A stretch of 64,000 bases of DNA from Bacteroidetes bacterium UBA1935. GTDB lineage: Bacteria > Bacteroidota > Bacteroidia > Chitinophagales > Chitinophagaceae. The stretch is taken from the NCBI GenBank assembly GCA_002337045.1, contig DDFF01000008.1, positions 215,143-279,142 of the forward strand, read 5' to 3'. Under the pieces are notes generated by a model. It was not told the origin of the DNA. It made no database searches and saw nothing but the letters and a program-made list of their open reading frames with translations. Below are positions 1 through 9,869 of the stretch, piece by piece (the first letter of the stretch is position 1; each line of letters begins with the position of its first letter). A program made the translations under genes and the position numbers.

Positions 1-2205
1 GGCCTTGGGTTGGCTTCCAGAAGCAACGACATCAATAATGTGATAAGGGTGTTGAAGAGTAAGCCACTGATGTTGCAGGTAGTGAACAAGCTAAAGTTAA
101 ATCTTCAGTATTTTGAATTTGGCAATGTAAAGACTACTCAGTTTTATGGTAACAGCCCATTCAGGGTAGATGTTTCCGATTCTATAATGCAAAACTGCGG
201 AGATGTATCCTATAAAATTGTTTTTGAATCTGATAAGCTGCATTTTGTAATTAGTGATGATAAGGATAGCTGGAAGGGTAAGATAGGGGCGCCATTAGTA
301 ATACCTATTGGTGAAGTAACAGTGCATAATACAAGTATTGCACCTATAAAGCCTAATGCAAAATATTCTTTCGTCTTTTCTAATGCATTGGCGGCTGCTA
401 GCGGATATGCAGGAAGCCTTGATATAGGAAAGCCGGATAAAGGTGCTAGCTATGTTACAATAGCAACATTAGATGAAATACCTGGCAGAGGTAAAGACAT
501 TCTGGATACTTTGGTTGGCGTATATACAGTATCGAATATTGAGGAAAGAAACAGGACTGCAATAAATACAATTGATTTTATTACAGAACGTCTGAAAAGA
601 GTAGAGGAAGAGCTGGTTGGTCAGGAAAAGAAAATAGAAATATTTAAAACAAGTAAGAGGCTGACGGGAGATGTAGTAGAACAGTCGAAAGTGCTAGTTG
701 AGAATACTAATGAGAATTACAAAGAGTTGTACGCAAAAGAAGTTCAACTAGAGGTCTTAAACTCTCTTGAAAAATTCTTAAGTAACGAAAATAATGCTGA
801 TAATGTGGTGCCGGCAAGTATGTTGAGTGATAATGGCGCATTTGCAAAAATTGCAGATAAGTATAATGAGGTGCTGCATGAAAAAGAAAGATTGGAGTTG
901 ACTAAGACGGAAACTCACCCGCAGGTAATAGCTTACAAGAAACAGTTGGAGAGTCTGAGGGCGGATATGCGACACAGTATTGAAGCTACAAAGCGTAGTA
1001 TGCAGGTAGTGATTGGTGAACTGAAAAAACAAAATGGCAGCATAGACGCGCAGATACGTCAGGTGCCTCAAACAGAGCGTATTTATTTGGACTACGCACG
1101 CCGCCAGCATTTGATGGAAGAGCTTTTCTTGTATTTATTGAAGAAAAGGGAAGAAACGGAAGTAGCAAAGTCATCAACTGCTCCTAATATAACAGTGCTG
1201 AATACTGCAGAAAACAACGGAGCAATAAAGCCTAACAGATCTAGGGTGAAGAGTACAGCTATACTCATAGGTTTTTTGATACCTATAGTAGTACTTATTC
1301 TGCGTAGGATGTTGAATACAAGAATTATTACCAAAAATGATATAAGTACCGCTTCTGCTATTCCGATAATAGGCGAAATAGGGCATAGTGATAATGAAGG
1401 TTCAGTTGCGGTGAAAAATAATAGCCATTCAGCACTTTCGGAGCAATTCAGAGCACTCAGGACCAATATTCAATTCCTTTTGCCTGATAAAAATGATAAG
1501 ACGATTATGCTCACATCAAGTATGAGTGGTGAGGGTAAGTCTTTCATTGCCATCAATCTGGCAAGTACTTTTGCAATATCCGGTAAGAAAGTTGTGTTAT
1601 TGGAGCTGGATTTGAGGAAACCTAAGATATCAAAGAATTTGGGGTTGAATAACAGTATTGGTCTATCCAGCTATGCTGTAGGGCAAAGTGAAATAAAGGA
1701 TATTATTCAACCATCAGGCTTTGAAGATAATCTTTTCGTGATTTCATCAGGACCTGTACCACCCAACCCGGCAGAGCTCATTATGCTACAGCGAGTAGAT
1801 GAGCTATTTGCGTATCTGAAAGAAAATTTTGATTATATAATAATTGATACTGCTCCCGCGGGTCTTGTTACAGATGCCCTGTTGCTAAATAGATTTGCTA
1901 ATGCTACACTTTATGTAGTACGTCAAGGATATACATTCAGACAACAACTGCAGATACCTAATGATTTGCAGGCTGAGAAGAAGATTAACAGATTGAGCTT
2001 CGTGATAAACGACGTAGTATTTAAGCGTGGATATACATACGGTTATGGCTATGGCTATGAGTCTGGTTATGGTTATGGCTATGGTTACGGCTATGGCTAT
2101 GGTTATGGGAAATATTCTAACGGATACTTTGAAGAGGATGAAAGTTCTTCACCTTTGAAAAAAGTAATCAAAAATATCAGACAATTCATACCAGGTAAAA
2201 AATAA
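1..2205 (+). CDS. wzc: Polysaccharide co-polymerase / tyrosine autokinase (Wzc, GumC/EpsB type); 5' end lies outside the window
   Basis: The frame is open from nt 1. A long charged/coiled-coil region is followed by the TM helix 'AILIGFLIPIVVLILRRML' and a P-loop kinase domain with Walker A 'SSMSGEGKS', A' 'VVLLELDLRKP' and B 'DYIIIDTAPAG'. The C-terminal cluster has 14 Tyr in 33 aa. Confidence 0.85.
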   Translation, partial: GLGLASRSNDINNVIRVLKSKPLMLQVVNKLKLNLQYFEFGNVKTTQFYGNSPFRVDVSDSIMQNCGDVSYKIVFESDKLHFVISDDKDSWKGKIGAPLVIPIGEVTVHNTSIAPIKPNAKYSFVFSNALAAASGYAGSLDIGKPDKGASYVTIATLDEIPGRGKDILDTLVGVYTVSNIEERNRTAINTIDFITERLKRVEEELVGQEKKIEIFKTSKRLTGDVVEQSKVLVENTNENYKELYAKEVQLEVLNSLEKFLSNENNADNVVPASMLSDNGAFAKIADKYNEVLHEKERLELTKTETHPQVIAYKKQLESLRADMRHSIEATKRSMQVVIGELKKQNGSIDAQIRQVPQTERIYLDYARRQHLMEELFLYLLKKREETEVAKSSTAPNITVLNTAENNGAIKPNRSRVKSTAILIGFLIPIVVLILRRMLNTRIITKNDISTASAIPIIGEIGHSDNEGSVAVKNNSHSALSEQFRALRTNIQFLLPDKNDKTIMLTSSMSGEGKSFIAINLASTFAISGKKVVLLELDLRKPKISKNLGLNNSIGLSSYAVGQSEIKDIIQPSGFEDNLFVISSGPVPPNPAELIMLQRVDELFAYLKENFDYIIIDTAPAGLVTDALLLNRFANATLYVVRQGYTFRQQLQIPNDLQAEKKINRLSFVINDVVFKRGYTYGYGYGYESGYGYGYGYGYGYGYGKYSNGYFEEDESSSPLKKVIKNIRQFIPGKK
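2041..2106 (+). repeat. In-frame hexanucleotide tandem repeat (GGYTAY)n, 3 + 7 units separated by GAGTCT, encoding the (Gly-Tyr)n part of the Wzc tyrosine tail
   Basis: Read directly: ggttatggctatggctat-gagtct-ggttatggttatggctatggttacggctatggctatggttat. Confidence 0.9.
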
Positions 2206-2227
2206 CATCTTTCCTATAGGCCCAGAG

Positions 2228-2257
2228 CAGGTTTAAATATATAACCTGTGTTTTTTT
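2228..2257 (+). terminator. Weak stem-loop plus T-run after wzc (possible partial terminator)
   Basis: caggtt, a 9-nt loop, aacctg, then tgttttttt. The stem is only 6 bp and AT-rich. Confidence 0.3.
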
Positions 2258-2341
2258 GGTAACAGCCAAGTCAGTGCTATGTGACTGACAGTGGCGAAGC
2301 CATGGATAAATCTTAATGATTGCCCCTAATATTACTAACAA

Positions 2342-4123
2342 ATGTGCCGTATTGCAGGAGTATTAAATAAATCTTCTGATACAGTATTGGCAGACACTAT
2401 AGCTATGCGTGATAGTATGGCGCATGGTGGGCCTGATGGCAGCGGCATGTATCATGATGCTGATGCAGGGTTGGCATTCGGGCATCGCAGATTGTCGCTG
2501 ATAGACTTGACAACCGGTGGGCATCAGCCAATGCTGAATGTAACACAGGATATAATCATCAGCTTTAACGGAGAGATATACAATTATAAAGATCTTAAAG
2601 CTGAATTGATTGCAAAAGGTTTTCAATTCAGGACGGCATCCGATACGGAAGTATTACTTGCCGCTTATCAATACTGGGGGCTAGAATGTTTTGGTAAACT
2701 GGTAGGTATGTTTGCTGTTGCTATATATGATAAGCACAAACATGAACTAATACTAGCAAGAGATACCCAAGGCATCAAGCCGCTATACTATAGTAATATT
2801 AACAACAGCCTGTATTTTGCATCGGAAGTAAGAGCGTTTAAGGCATTACCATACAATTGGCATGAGTCTGATACATGGAAGTCATACATGTTAGTCTATG
2901 GTTTTATACCAGAGCCGCATACAACACTGGCAGATGTAAAAATGCTACCGAAAGGTAGCTACATGTGTATGAATGTAAATACACTTCAGTCGTCTGTAGT
3001 AGAGTATTCAAAAGACGATTATTCACCGACTATCAATACGGAAAAAGAAGCCGTAGATATCGTCAGGCAATGGATGGATAAAGCCGTAGACAGGCATCTG
3101 ATCTCTGATGCGTCGATTGGTCTGTTCCTTAGCGGTGGTATTGATAGTAGTTTGCTGACGCTGATAGCAAAAGAAACCGGACATAATGATTTACATACAC
3201 TTTCAATAGTTTTTGATGATGCGGCTTACTCAGAAGTGGCATATCAGCAATTGATAGTTGATAAAGTAAAGTCTAAGCATAAAAGTTACAATCTTACAAA
3301 AGAAGAATACATCAACGCATTGCCTGATATCTTCAAGGCAATGGATCAACCTTCAATAGATGGTGTAAACTCATATTTCATTTGCAAGTTTGCAAAAGAG
3401 CTTGGTTTGAAAGCTGTATTATCCGGTCTTGGTGCAGATGAGTTGTTTGGAGGGTATGCATCTTTTGGCAGAGAGAGGATGTTGTCGAAGCTGAAGAAGA
3501 TACCTACAGGGTTATTAAAAGCAAGCAGGCATCTGAAGAAAGATAAGTACAGAAAACTGGCTTATTTGGCAAATGACCACATCACGAATGAATATCTTTT
3601 TCATCGTGGATTGTTCAGCATACGAGAAGCTGCAGAAATATTAGATAGTGATACTAAGTCTGTATCTGACACAGTACAAAATATAGCTTTATCAAATGGG
3701 CTTGAGGCATTGCCTTATGGCAATAAAGTGTCTTACATGGAGAAAAACATCTATATGCAAAGCCAACTGCTAAAGGATACAGATGTTATGAGTATGTGGC
3801 ATAGTATTGAGGTACGGGTGCCATTTCTTGATACAGAATTAGTAAAGATTGTAAACAGTATATCGCCAGAGTTGAAGTATAATGGTACTATACCAAAACA
3901 ACTCTTGGTAAAAGCATACAACGATATTCTTCCTCGCCAGATATGGGACAGGAAGAAGCAAGGTTTTGTTTTCCCATTCCAAAACTGGATAGAGGGAAGT
4001 GAGTATACATGCTTCAAGTATGTTGATGATAAAATCAAAAAAAGGTATCAATCAGGTACTATCAACTGGACAAGGTATTGGGCATATCTTGTAGCTAACA
4101 ACTTTAACTACCTGCACAGCTAA
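2342..4123 (+). CDS. Asparagine synthase (glutamine-hydrolysing) family amidotransferase, AsnB/WbpS-like
   Basis: N-terminal nucleophile 'MCRIAG', Ntn glutaminase region 'HRRLSLIDL..GHQP', PP-loop 'SGGIDSS'; 593 aa. Confidence 0.85.
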   Translation: MCRIAGVLNKSSDTVLADTIAMRDSMAHGGPDGSGMYHDADAGLAFGHRRLSLIDLTTGGHQPMLNVTQDIIISFNGEIYNYKDLKAELIAKGFQFRTASDTEVLLAAYQYWGLECFGKLVGMFAVAIYDKHKHELILARDTQGIKPLYYSNINNSLYFASEVRAFKALPYNWHESDTWKSYMLVYGFIPEPHTTLADVKMLPKGSYMCMNVNTLQSSVVEYSKDDYSPTINTEKEAVDIVRQWMDKAVDRHLISDASIGLFLSGGIDSSLLTLIAKETGHNDLHTLSIVFDDAAYSEVAYQQLIVDKVKSKHKSYNLTKEEYINALPDIFKAMDQPSIDGVNSYFICKFAKELGLKAVLSGLGADELFGGYASFGRERMLSKLKKIPTGLLKASRHLKKDKYRKLAYLANDHITNEYLFHRGLFSIREAAEILDSDTKSVSDTVQNIALSNGLEALPYGNKVSYMEKNIYMQSQLLKDTDVMSMWHSIEVRVPFLDTELVKIVNSISPELKYNGTIPKQLLVKAYNDILPRQIWDRKKQGFVFPFQNWIEGSEYTCFKYVDDKIKKRYQSGTINWTRYWAYLVANNFNYLHS

Positions 4124-5248
4124 GTGAAAAGCTTCTACTTTCTGAATCTTGTTGGTTTTTCACAAACAGGTGGATTGGAAAAATTCAATAGGTGTTTTAT
4201 GAAAGCACTGGATGAGTTGAGTAGTGAGCTGAATTATACTTCAAATGCGGCATCACTGTACGATTCTGTTGCAAACGAGCAGTATTATCCCTCAAAGCAG
4301 TATAAAGGCTTTAGTAAATCAATAGCAAAATTTGTACCGTCTACCATTCTTACAGGCTTATCGAAAGATGTAATCATACTCGGGCACATCAATCTGGCTG
4401 TTATTGGCTGGCTTATCAAAACATTGGCGCCATCAAAAAAACTGATGGTTATATGCCATGGTATTGAAGTTTGGCAACCTGTTACGGGCATTAAAAAAAA
4501 AATGCTGCAAAAAGCAGATAGGGTATTGGCAGTAAGCGATTATACCAAACAGCAAATAGTAGAGAAACAAGGGGTGCCTGCAGACAAGGTAAGTGTGTTT
4601 CACAATACAATAGATCCGTACTTCGATTATCCTAAACACTTTGGAAAGGATAAAGAATTAATCGCTCGCTATGGTATAGCAGACACAGACTATGTAGTAT
4701 ATACGTTATGCAGGTTATCGTCAAAAGAGCAATACAAGGGATACGATGCGGTGGTAAAAGCAATCGGACAATTAAAATCGAAATACCCGCAAATAAAATA
4801 CCTGCTTGCGGGTAAATATGATGATGTGGAGAAAGCAAGGCTTGATAAACTGATAGCTGAATATGAACTGCAAAGCAATGTGATTTTTGCAGGGTATATA
4901 AAAGACGAAGAGGTAACAAAACACTATCAGCTTGGAGATGTATTCATAATGCCAAGCAAGGGAGAAGGGTTCGGAATTGTATTTATTGAAGCAATGGCAT
5001 GTGGAAGAAATGTAGTAGCAGGAAATGCTGATGGAAGCAAAGATGCATTGCGTAAGGGTGAATTGGGTGTGATACTTGATGCAGACAATGTTGATGCAAT
5101 AGCAACTGCAATTGCAGAAAAGATAAAAAATAAAGAAAAGTACGATGCAGCATATGCTGCTAATCTGCAGCAGAAAGTTATTGCATACTTTGGTTTTGCT
5201 GCATATAAACAAAAACTGAAAGAGATTCTGAATACTATATTGAACTGA
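4124..5248 (+). CDS. Glycosyltransferase, GT4-like (GT-B fold)
   Basis: N-terminal 'GGLEKF' and C-terminal '[25 protein letters not shown]' (EX7E-type motif). GTG start directly after the upstream TAA. Confidence 0.75.
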   Translation: MKSFYFLNLVGFSQTGGLEKFNRCFMKALDELSSELNYTSNAASLYDSVANEQYYPSKQYKGFSKSIAKFVPSTILTGLSKDVIILGHINLAVIGWLIKTLAPSKKLMVICHGIEVWQPVTGIKKKMLQKADRVLAVSDYTKQQIVEKQGVPADKVSVFHNTIDPYFDYPKHFGKDKELIARYGIADTDYVVYTLCRLSSKEQYKGYDAVVKAIGQLKSKYPQIKYLLAGKYDDVEKARLDKLIAEYELQSNVIFAGYIKDEEVTKHYQLGDVFIMPSKGEGFGIVFIEAMACGRNVVAGNADGSKDALRKGELGVILDADNVDAIATAIAEKIKNKEKYDAAYAANLQQKVIAYFGFAAYKQKLKEILNTILN

Positions 5249-5252
5249 TAAT

Positions 5253-6365
5253 ATGGCAAAAAAAGCATTGATAACAGGTGTTACTGGTCAGGATGGAGCA
5301 TATCTGAGTGAGCTGTTATTGAACAAAGGATATGAAGTACACGGCATTAAGCGCAGAAGCTCTTTGTTTAATACCGATCGTATAGACCATCTGTATCAAG
5401 ACCCACATTTAACGGGTAGAAACTTCATTCTGCATTATGGGGACCTTACAGATAGCACCAATATCATCAGGATAATACAAGAGGTGCAACCTGATGAGAT
5501 TTATAATCTTGGTGCAATGAGCCATGTGCAGGTAAGCTTTGAAACGCCTGAATATACTGCCAATGCAGACGGCACAGGCACACTACGTGTGTTGGAAGCT
5601 GTAAGGTTGCTGAAACTCACCGAAAAAACAAAAATATACCAGGCATCTACTTCTGAACTATATGGCTTGGTGCAGGAAGTGCCACAGTCTGAAAAAACGC
5701 CTTTCTATCCACGCTCACCTTATGGTGTTGCAAAGCTATATGCATACTGGATAACTGTAAACTATCGCGAGGCGTATAATATGTTTGCGAGCAATGGTAT
5801 CTTATTCAATCACGAGAGCCCGTTGAGGGGTGAAACATTTGTAACACGTAAGATAACACGTGCTGTTGCACAAATATCAATGGGATTGCAGGATGTATTG
5901 TATGTTGGAAACCTGAATGCCCAACGCGATTGGGGCCATGCTAAAGATTATGTAGATGCTATGTGGCGCATACTACAACAAGATGTTGCAGAAGACTATG
6001 TAATAGCTACCGGCATTACAACCTATGTACGCGATTTTATCAGGATGGCATTTGAAGAAGTTGGTGTAGAGCTTGAATTTGTTGGAGAAGGTGTAGAAGA
6101 AAAAGGCATTGTGAAATCAGCAAAAGAAGGGTCTATGTTGAAGTCAGGTAAAGTTGTAGTAAGTGTCGATCCTAAATACTTCAGGCCAACTGAAGTAGAC
6201 TTGTTAATTGGTGATGCAACCAAAGCACGAGAGAAGCTGGGTTGGGAACCTAAGTACACACTAAAAGAAATGGTGAGTGAAATGGTGGCTTATGACATTA
6301 AGCACTTTGAAAAGGAAAATATACTGAAAGCCGCAGGCTACGATTTTTTGCCTAAATACGAATAG
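5253..6365 (+). CDS. gmd: GDP-mannose 4,6-dehydratase
   Basis: '[35 protein letters not shown]', '[10 protein letters not shown]' (YxxxK), '[10 protein letters not shown]'; 370 aa. Confidence 0.95.
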   Translation: MAKKALITGVTGQDGAYLSELLLNKGYEVHGIKRRSSLFNTDRIDHLYQDPHLTGRNFILHYGDLTDSTNIIRIIQEVQPDEIYNLGAMSHVQVSFETPEYTANADGTGTLRVLEAVRLLKLTEKTKIYQASTSELYGLVQEVPQSEKTPFYPRSPYGVAKLYAYWITVNYREAYNMFASNGILFNHESPLRGETFVTRKITRAVAQISMGLQDVLYVGNLNAQRDWGHAKDYVDAMWRILQQDVAEDYVIATGITTYVRDFIRMAFEEVGVELEFVGEGVEEKGIVKSAKEGSMLKSGKVVVSVDPKYFRPTEVDLLIGDATKAREKLGWEPKYTLKEMVSEMVAYDIKHFEKENILKAAGYDFLPKYE

Positions 6366-6373
6366 TGATAAGT

Positions 6374-7300
6374 ATGAACAAGAACGGTAAGGTATATGTA
6401 GCAGGGCATAAGGGAATGGTGGGCAGTGCCATTACAAGAAAGCTACAGGCTGAAGGTTTTACAAATCTGGTATTCAGAACATCTACGGAGCTAGATTTGA
6501 GAAACCAACAGGCAGTAGAACAATTCTTTGTTGCCGAAAAGCCTGACTATGTTTTTCTGGCTGCAGCAAAAGTTGGGGGTATACTTGCCAACAATCAATA
6601 CAAAGCAGATTTTCTTTACGATAACCTGATGATACAAAACAATGTAATCCATCAGGCATATAAGCATGGTGTGAAGAAACTAATGTTTCTTGGCTCATCA
6701 TGCATCTATCCTCAAATGGCACCACAACCGTTGAAGGAGGAATATCTGTTGACCGGTTTGTTAGAACCAACTAACGAACCGTATGCCATTGCAAAAATTG
6801 CAGGTATCAAAATGTGCGATGCCTATAGGTTTCAATACGGATGTAATTTCATATCAGTGATGCCGACCAATCTGTATGGTCCGAACGATAATTACGATTT
6901 GAATAACTCGCATGTATTGCCTGCATTACTGCGAAAGTTTCATGATGCTAAAGAACAAGGTGCTCCGAATGTTACAGTTTGGGGTTCTGGCAAACCACTG
7001 CGCGAGTTTCTACATGCTAATGATTTGGCAGATGCCTGCTACTATCTGATGCAGCATTGCAACGAAGCAGGTTTTGTAAATATTGGGGTTGGTGAAGATA
7101 TCAGCATTGCAGATTTAGCACTAATGATAAAAGATATTGTAGGCTATAAAGGAGAACTGGTATGGGATACTACAAAACCTGACGGTACACCACGCAAACT
7201 AATGGATGTGTCAAAGCTGCATGGAATGGGTTGGAAAGCGAAGATTGGATTGCGTCAGGGTATTGAAGCAGTATATAAAGAGAAGTTTCTCAACAACTAA
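6374..7300 (+). CDS. fcl: GDP-L-fucose synthase (GDP-4-keto-6-deoxymannose 3,5-epimerase/4-reductase)
   Basis: 'KVYVAGHKGMVGSAI', 'YAIAKIAG' (YxxxK), 'PTNLYGPNDNY'. I chose the ATG at 6374 over the GTG at 6365 used in the ORF track. Confidence 0.92.
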   Translation: MNKNGKVYVAGHKGMVGSAITRKLQAEGFTNLVFRTSTELDLRNQQAVEQFFVAEKPDYVFLAAAKVGGILANNQYKADFLYDNLMIQNNVIHQAYKHGVKKLMFLGSSCIYPQMAPQPLKEEYLLTGLLEPTNEPYAIAKIAGIKMCDAYRFQYGCNFISVMPTNLYGPNDNYDLNNSHVLPALLRKFHDAKEQGAPNVTVWGSGKPLREFLHANDLADACYYLMQHCNEAGFVNIGVGEDISIADLALMIKDIVGYKGELVWDTTKPDGTPRKLMDVSKLHGMGWKAKIGLRQGIEAVYKEKFLNN

Positions 7301-7309
7301 GAATCTATT

Positions 7310-8173
7310 TTGAAAGATACACAACGTCATAACGAAGATTGGAGCTTAGTAATAAAACCTAAGACAGGACTTCTTGAAATAAACTTCAGAGAGCTTTGGC
7401 GATACAGAGATTTGGTACTGCTACTTGTAAAAAGGGATTTTGTTTCTTTTTATAAACAGACTATTCTTGGCCCGATATGGTTTTTGGTTCAACCATTACT
7501 TACAACCTTAATGTTTTTGTTAGTTTTTGGCAGGATAGCACAACTGCCCACGGATGGAGTTCCTGCTATTCTGTTTTATCTAGCAGGCGTAACATGCTGG
7601 AGCTATTTTTCCGAGGCATTAACAAAGACTTCGGAAACATTTACTGCAAATGCAAACATATTTGGTAAGGTATATTTTCCGAGGTTGATAATACCTCTTT
7701 CAATTGTTGTATCTGCAATGATGCGATTGGGAGTACAATTGATTTTGTTTTTTGCAGTCCTTGGTTACTATATTTTTTTCACTGATAGTGATACTCATCT
7801 TACATGGGCGGCGGCATTGTTCCCTATATTAATAATAATGATGGGATTACTAGGTCTTGGTTTAGGACTGATATTCTCTGCATTAACTACAAAGTATAGA
7901 GACTTACGTTTCTTGCTGACGTTTGGTGTACAGTTGTTGATGTACGCTACGCCGATTGTTTATCCTTTGTCGCTTGCTCCAGAAAAATACATATGGTTGA
8001 TTGTAGCGAATCCGTTTACCGCAATTATTGAAACATTCAGGTTCGGGTTTCTGGGTGCGGGTGCATTTAATCCCGTATATTTTACATATAGTGCAGTAGC
8101 AACGTTAATAATATTACTGACTGGTGTTCTGATATTTAATAAGGTTGAGAAAAACTTTATGGATACCGTATAA
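7310..8173 (+). CDS. wzm: ABC-2 type polysaccharide export permease (Wzm)
   Basis: 'ELWRYRDLVLLLVKRDFVSFYKQTILGPIWFLVQP' followed by about 6 TM helices. TTG start; there is no upstream in-frame ATG. Confidence 0.85.
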   Translation: MKDTQRHNEDWSLVIKPKTGLLEINFRELWRYRDLVLLLVKRDFVSFYKQTILGPIWFLVQPLLTTLMFLLVFGRIAQLPTDGVPAILFYLAGVTCWSYFSEALTKTSETFTANANIFGKVYFPRLIIPLSIVVSAMMRLGVQLILFFAVLGYYIFFTDSDTHLTWAAALFPILIIMMGLLGLGLGLIFSALTTKYRDLRFLLTFGVQLLMYATPIVYPLSLAPEKYIWLIVANPFTAIIETFRFGFLGAGAFNPVYFTYSAVATLIILLTGVLIFNKVEKNFMDTV

Positions 8174-8183
8174 AAATACCCAC

Positions 8184-9455
8184 ATGTCGAATACTGTAAT
8201 AGAACTCAATAATATTTCAAAATTATACCGCCTTGGTGAGGTAGGTACTGGTACACTGTCACACGATCTTAATCGTTGGTGGCATCGCCTGCGTGGCAAG
8301 GAAGATCCGTATGCTAAAGTGGGTGAAGAAAATAATAGGGAAAGCAAAGGTGGTGAATATGTTTGGGCAATACAGGATATTAATTTCAAAGTAAATCAGG
8401 GTGATGTACTTGGTGTTATTGGTAAAAATGGCGCAGGAAAATCAACTTTGTTGAAAATATTGTCTCGTGTTACCGCGCCTACAAAAGGTACAATTAAGGC
8501 AAAAGGTCGAATAGCAAGCTTATTAGAAGTTGGTACAGGCTTCCACCCGGAGTTGACAGGCAGGGAAAATATATTCTTGAATGGTGCTATACTCGGCATG
8601 ACAAAAACAGAAATCAGGCGAAAGTTTGATGAGATAGTTTCATTCTCAGGTGTAGAGCGATATATAGATACACCAGTTAAACGTTATAGTTCGGGCATGT
8701 ATGTGCGCCTGGCATTTGCAGTGGCCGCACATCTTGAATCTGAGATATTGATTGTTGATGAAGTACTTGCTGTAGGTGATGCTGAGTTTCAGAAAAAATG
8801 CTTGGGTAGAATGAAAGATGTGAGTGCTAAGGAGGGTAGAACAGTATTGTTTGTGAGTCATAACATGGCAGCTGTGAGGCAGTTATGTACCAATGCGGTA
8901 GTAATGAAGAATGGCAGATTGGTATTTGAAGGTACGCAGACAGATTGCGTAAATTTCTATCAGAGGTCTCACAATACAAATTTTGAGTATATACACGAAG
9001 GAGATATTGAAAATGCACCGGGCAATAAACATATTCGCATCAAGCGATTTGATGTAAAACCGGTAAACGGAGAAGTCATTTCTATTTCTTCAGGGTTTGA
9101 TTTTGAGTTAGAGTTTCTGAATAATAGAGAAGATATAAGTCTCGATGTAACATTCGAACTAAAAAACAGTGACGACATAATTGTATTTCATAACGGTACT
9201 ATATTAAGCCCGAATAAAGATTCAAAGAGAGGTTACTACAAAGTATCGTCACGAATACCAGCGCATACACTTAATGCAGGTGTTTATAAATTTACCTTGA
9301 TATTTGGTGAAAGTCAACGTTATGAGGTTTGTGCATTAGAAGACTTCGTTCAATTTGAGATAATGAATGAAGCTAGCGGTAGTAATAGTAGTGTATTGCC
9401 CGGTATGTTGCATTTGAATATGCCATTTAGTACAATCTTCAACAATGTGAATTAA
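8184..9455 (+). CDS. wzt: Polysaccharide ABC exporter ATP-binding protein with a C-terminal glycan-binding-type domain (Wzt)
   Basis: Walker A 'GKNGAGKST', signature 'YSSGMYVRL', Walker B 'ILIVDEVLAVGD', plus an extra beta-rich tail of about 170 aa. The ATG at 8184 ('MSNTVIELNN') is preferred to the overlapping alternative start at 8145. Confidence 0.85.
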   Translation: MSNTVIELNNISKLYRLGEVGTGTLSHDLNRWWHRLRGKEDPYAKVGEENNRESKGGEYVWAIQDINFKVNQGDVLGVIGKNGAGKSTLLKILSRVTAPTKGTIKAKGRIASLLEVGTGFHPELTGRENIFLNGAILGMTKTEIRRKFDEIVSFSGVERYIDTPVKRYSSGMYVRLAFAVAAHLESEILIVDEVLAVGDAEFQKKCLGRMKDVSAKEGRTVLFVSHNMAAVRQLCTNAVVMKNGRLVFEGTQTDCVNFYQRSHNTNFEYIHEGDIENAPGNKHIRIKRFDVKPVNGEVISISSGFDFELEFLNNREDISLDVTFELKNSDDIIVFHNGTILSPNKDSKRGYYKVSSRIPAHTLNAGVYKFTLIFGESQRYEVCALEDFVQFEIMNEASGSNSSVLPGMLHLNMPFSTIFNNVN

Positions 9456-9458
9456 ACC

Positions 9459-9869
9459 ATGACTTTAGAGGCAGTAAGGTTTATTGATTTGCCCAAAATT
9501 CCTGATGACAGGGGTAATCTTTCATTCTTCCAAAATGATGAGCATATACCTTTCAAAATTCAACGTGCATATTGGATATATGATGTGCCGGGTGGAGAAC
9601 ACCGAGGAGGGCATGCTTATACAGATTTGCAGGAAGTAATCATTGCATTGTCTGGTAGTTTTGATGTAGTGATAGACGATGGGTTTGAAAAGAAAGAAGT
9701 AACACTAAATCGTTCTTATAATGCATTGTATGTGCCTAAAATGATTTGGCGTAGGCTTGAAAATTTTTCAACAAATAGTCTTGCATTCATTGTTACAGAT
9801 AAACTGTATGATGAAGAACAATACATAAGAAATTATGAACAATATAAAGCAATGAATGTAAATGGGTAA
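9459..9869 (+). CDS. WxcM/FdtA-like cupin, putative NDP-4-keto-6-deoxyhexose 3,4-ketoisomerase (copy 1)
   Basis: 'DDRGNLSFFQ', 'IQRAYWIYDVPGGEHRGGHAY'; 136 aa, about the size of FdtA/QdtA. Confidence 0.7.
   Translation: MTLEAVRFIDLPKIPDDRGNLSFFQNDEHIPFKIQRAYWIYDVPGGEHRGGHAYTDLQEVIIALSGSFDVVIDDGFEKKEVTLNRSYNALYVPKMIWRRLENFSTNSLAFIVTDKLYDEEQYIRNYEQYKAMNVNG

Noticed and set aside
2041-2106. The GY hexamer repeat considered as a non-coding microsatellite or assembly artefact
   Set aside because: It is in frame within wzc and sits exactly where BY-kinases carry their Tyr cluster. The synonymous variation between units (ggt/ggc, tat/tac) argues for a genuine coding sequence.
2269-2290. A second small hairpin (gtcagt-8 nt-actgac) in the wzc-asnB spacer as a regulatory element
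   Set aside because: It has only a 6-bp stem, no T-tract and no recognisable motif. This is indistinguishable from chance.
8145-8183. Alternative upstream starts that create long overlaps: wzt at 8145, the acetyltransferase at 26456, hflX at 47485, the oxidoreductase at 23567, fcl at 6365 and galE at 53899
   Set aside because: In every case an in-frame ATG a few codons downstream precedes the conserved N-terminal motif. Using it removes the overlap, or for hflX removes a start inside a hairpin, so I used the ATG coordinates.
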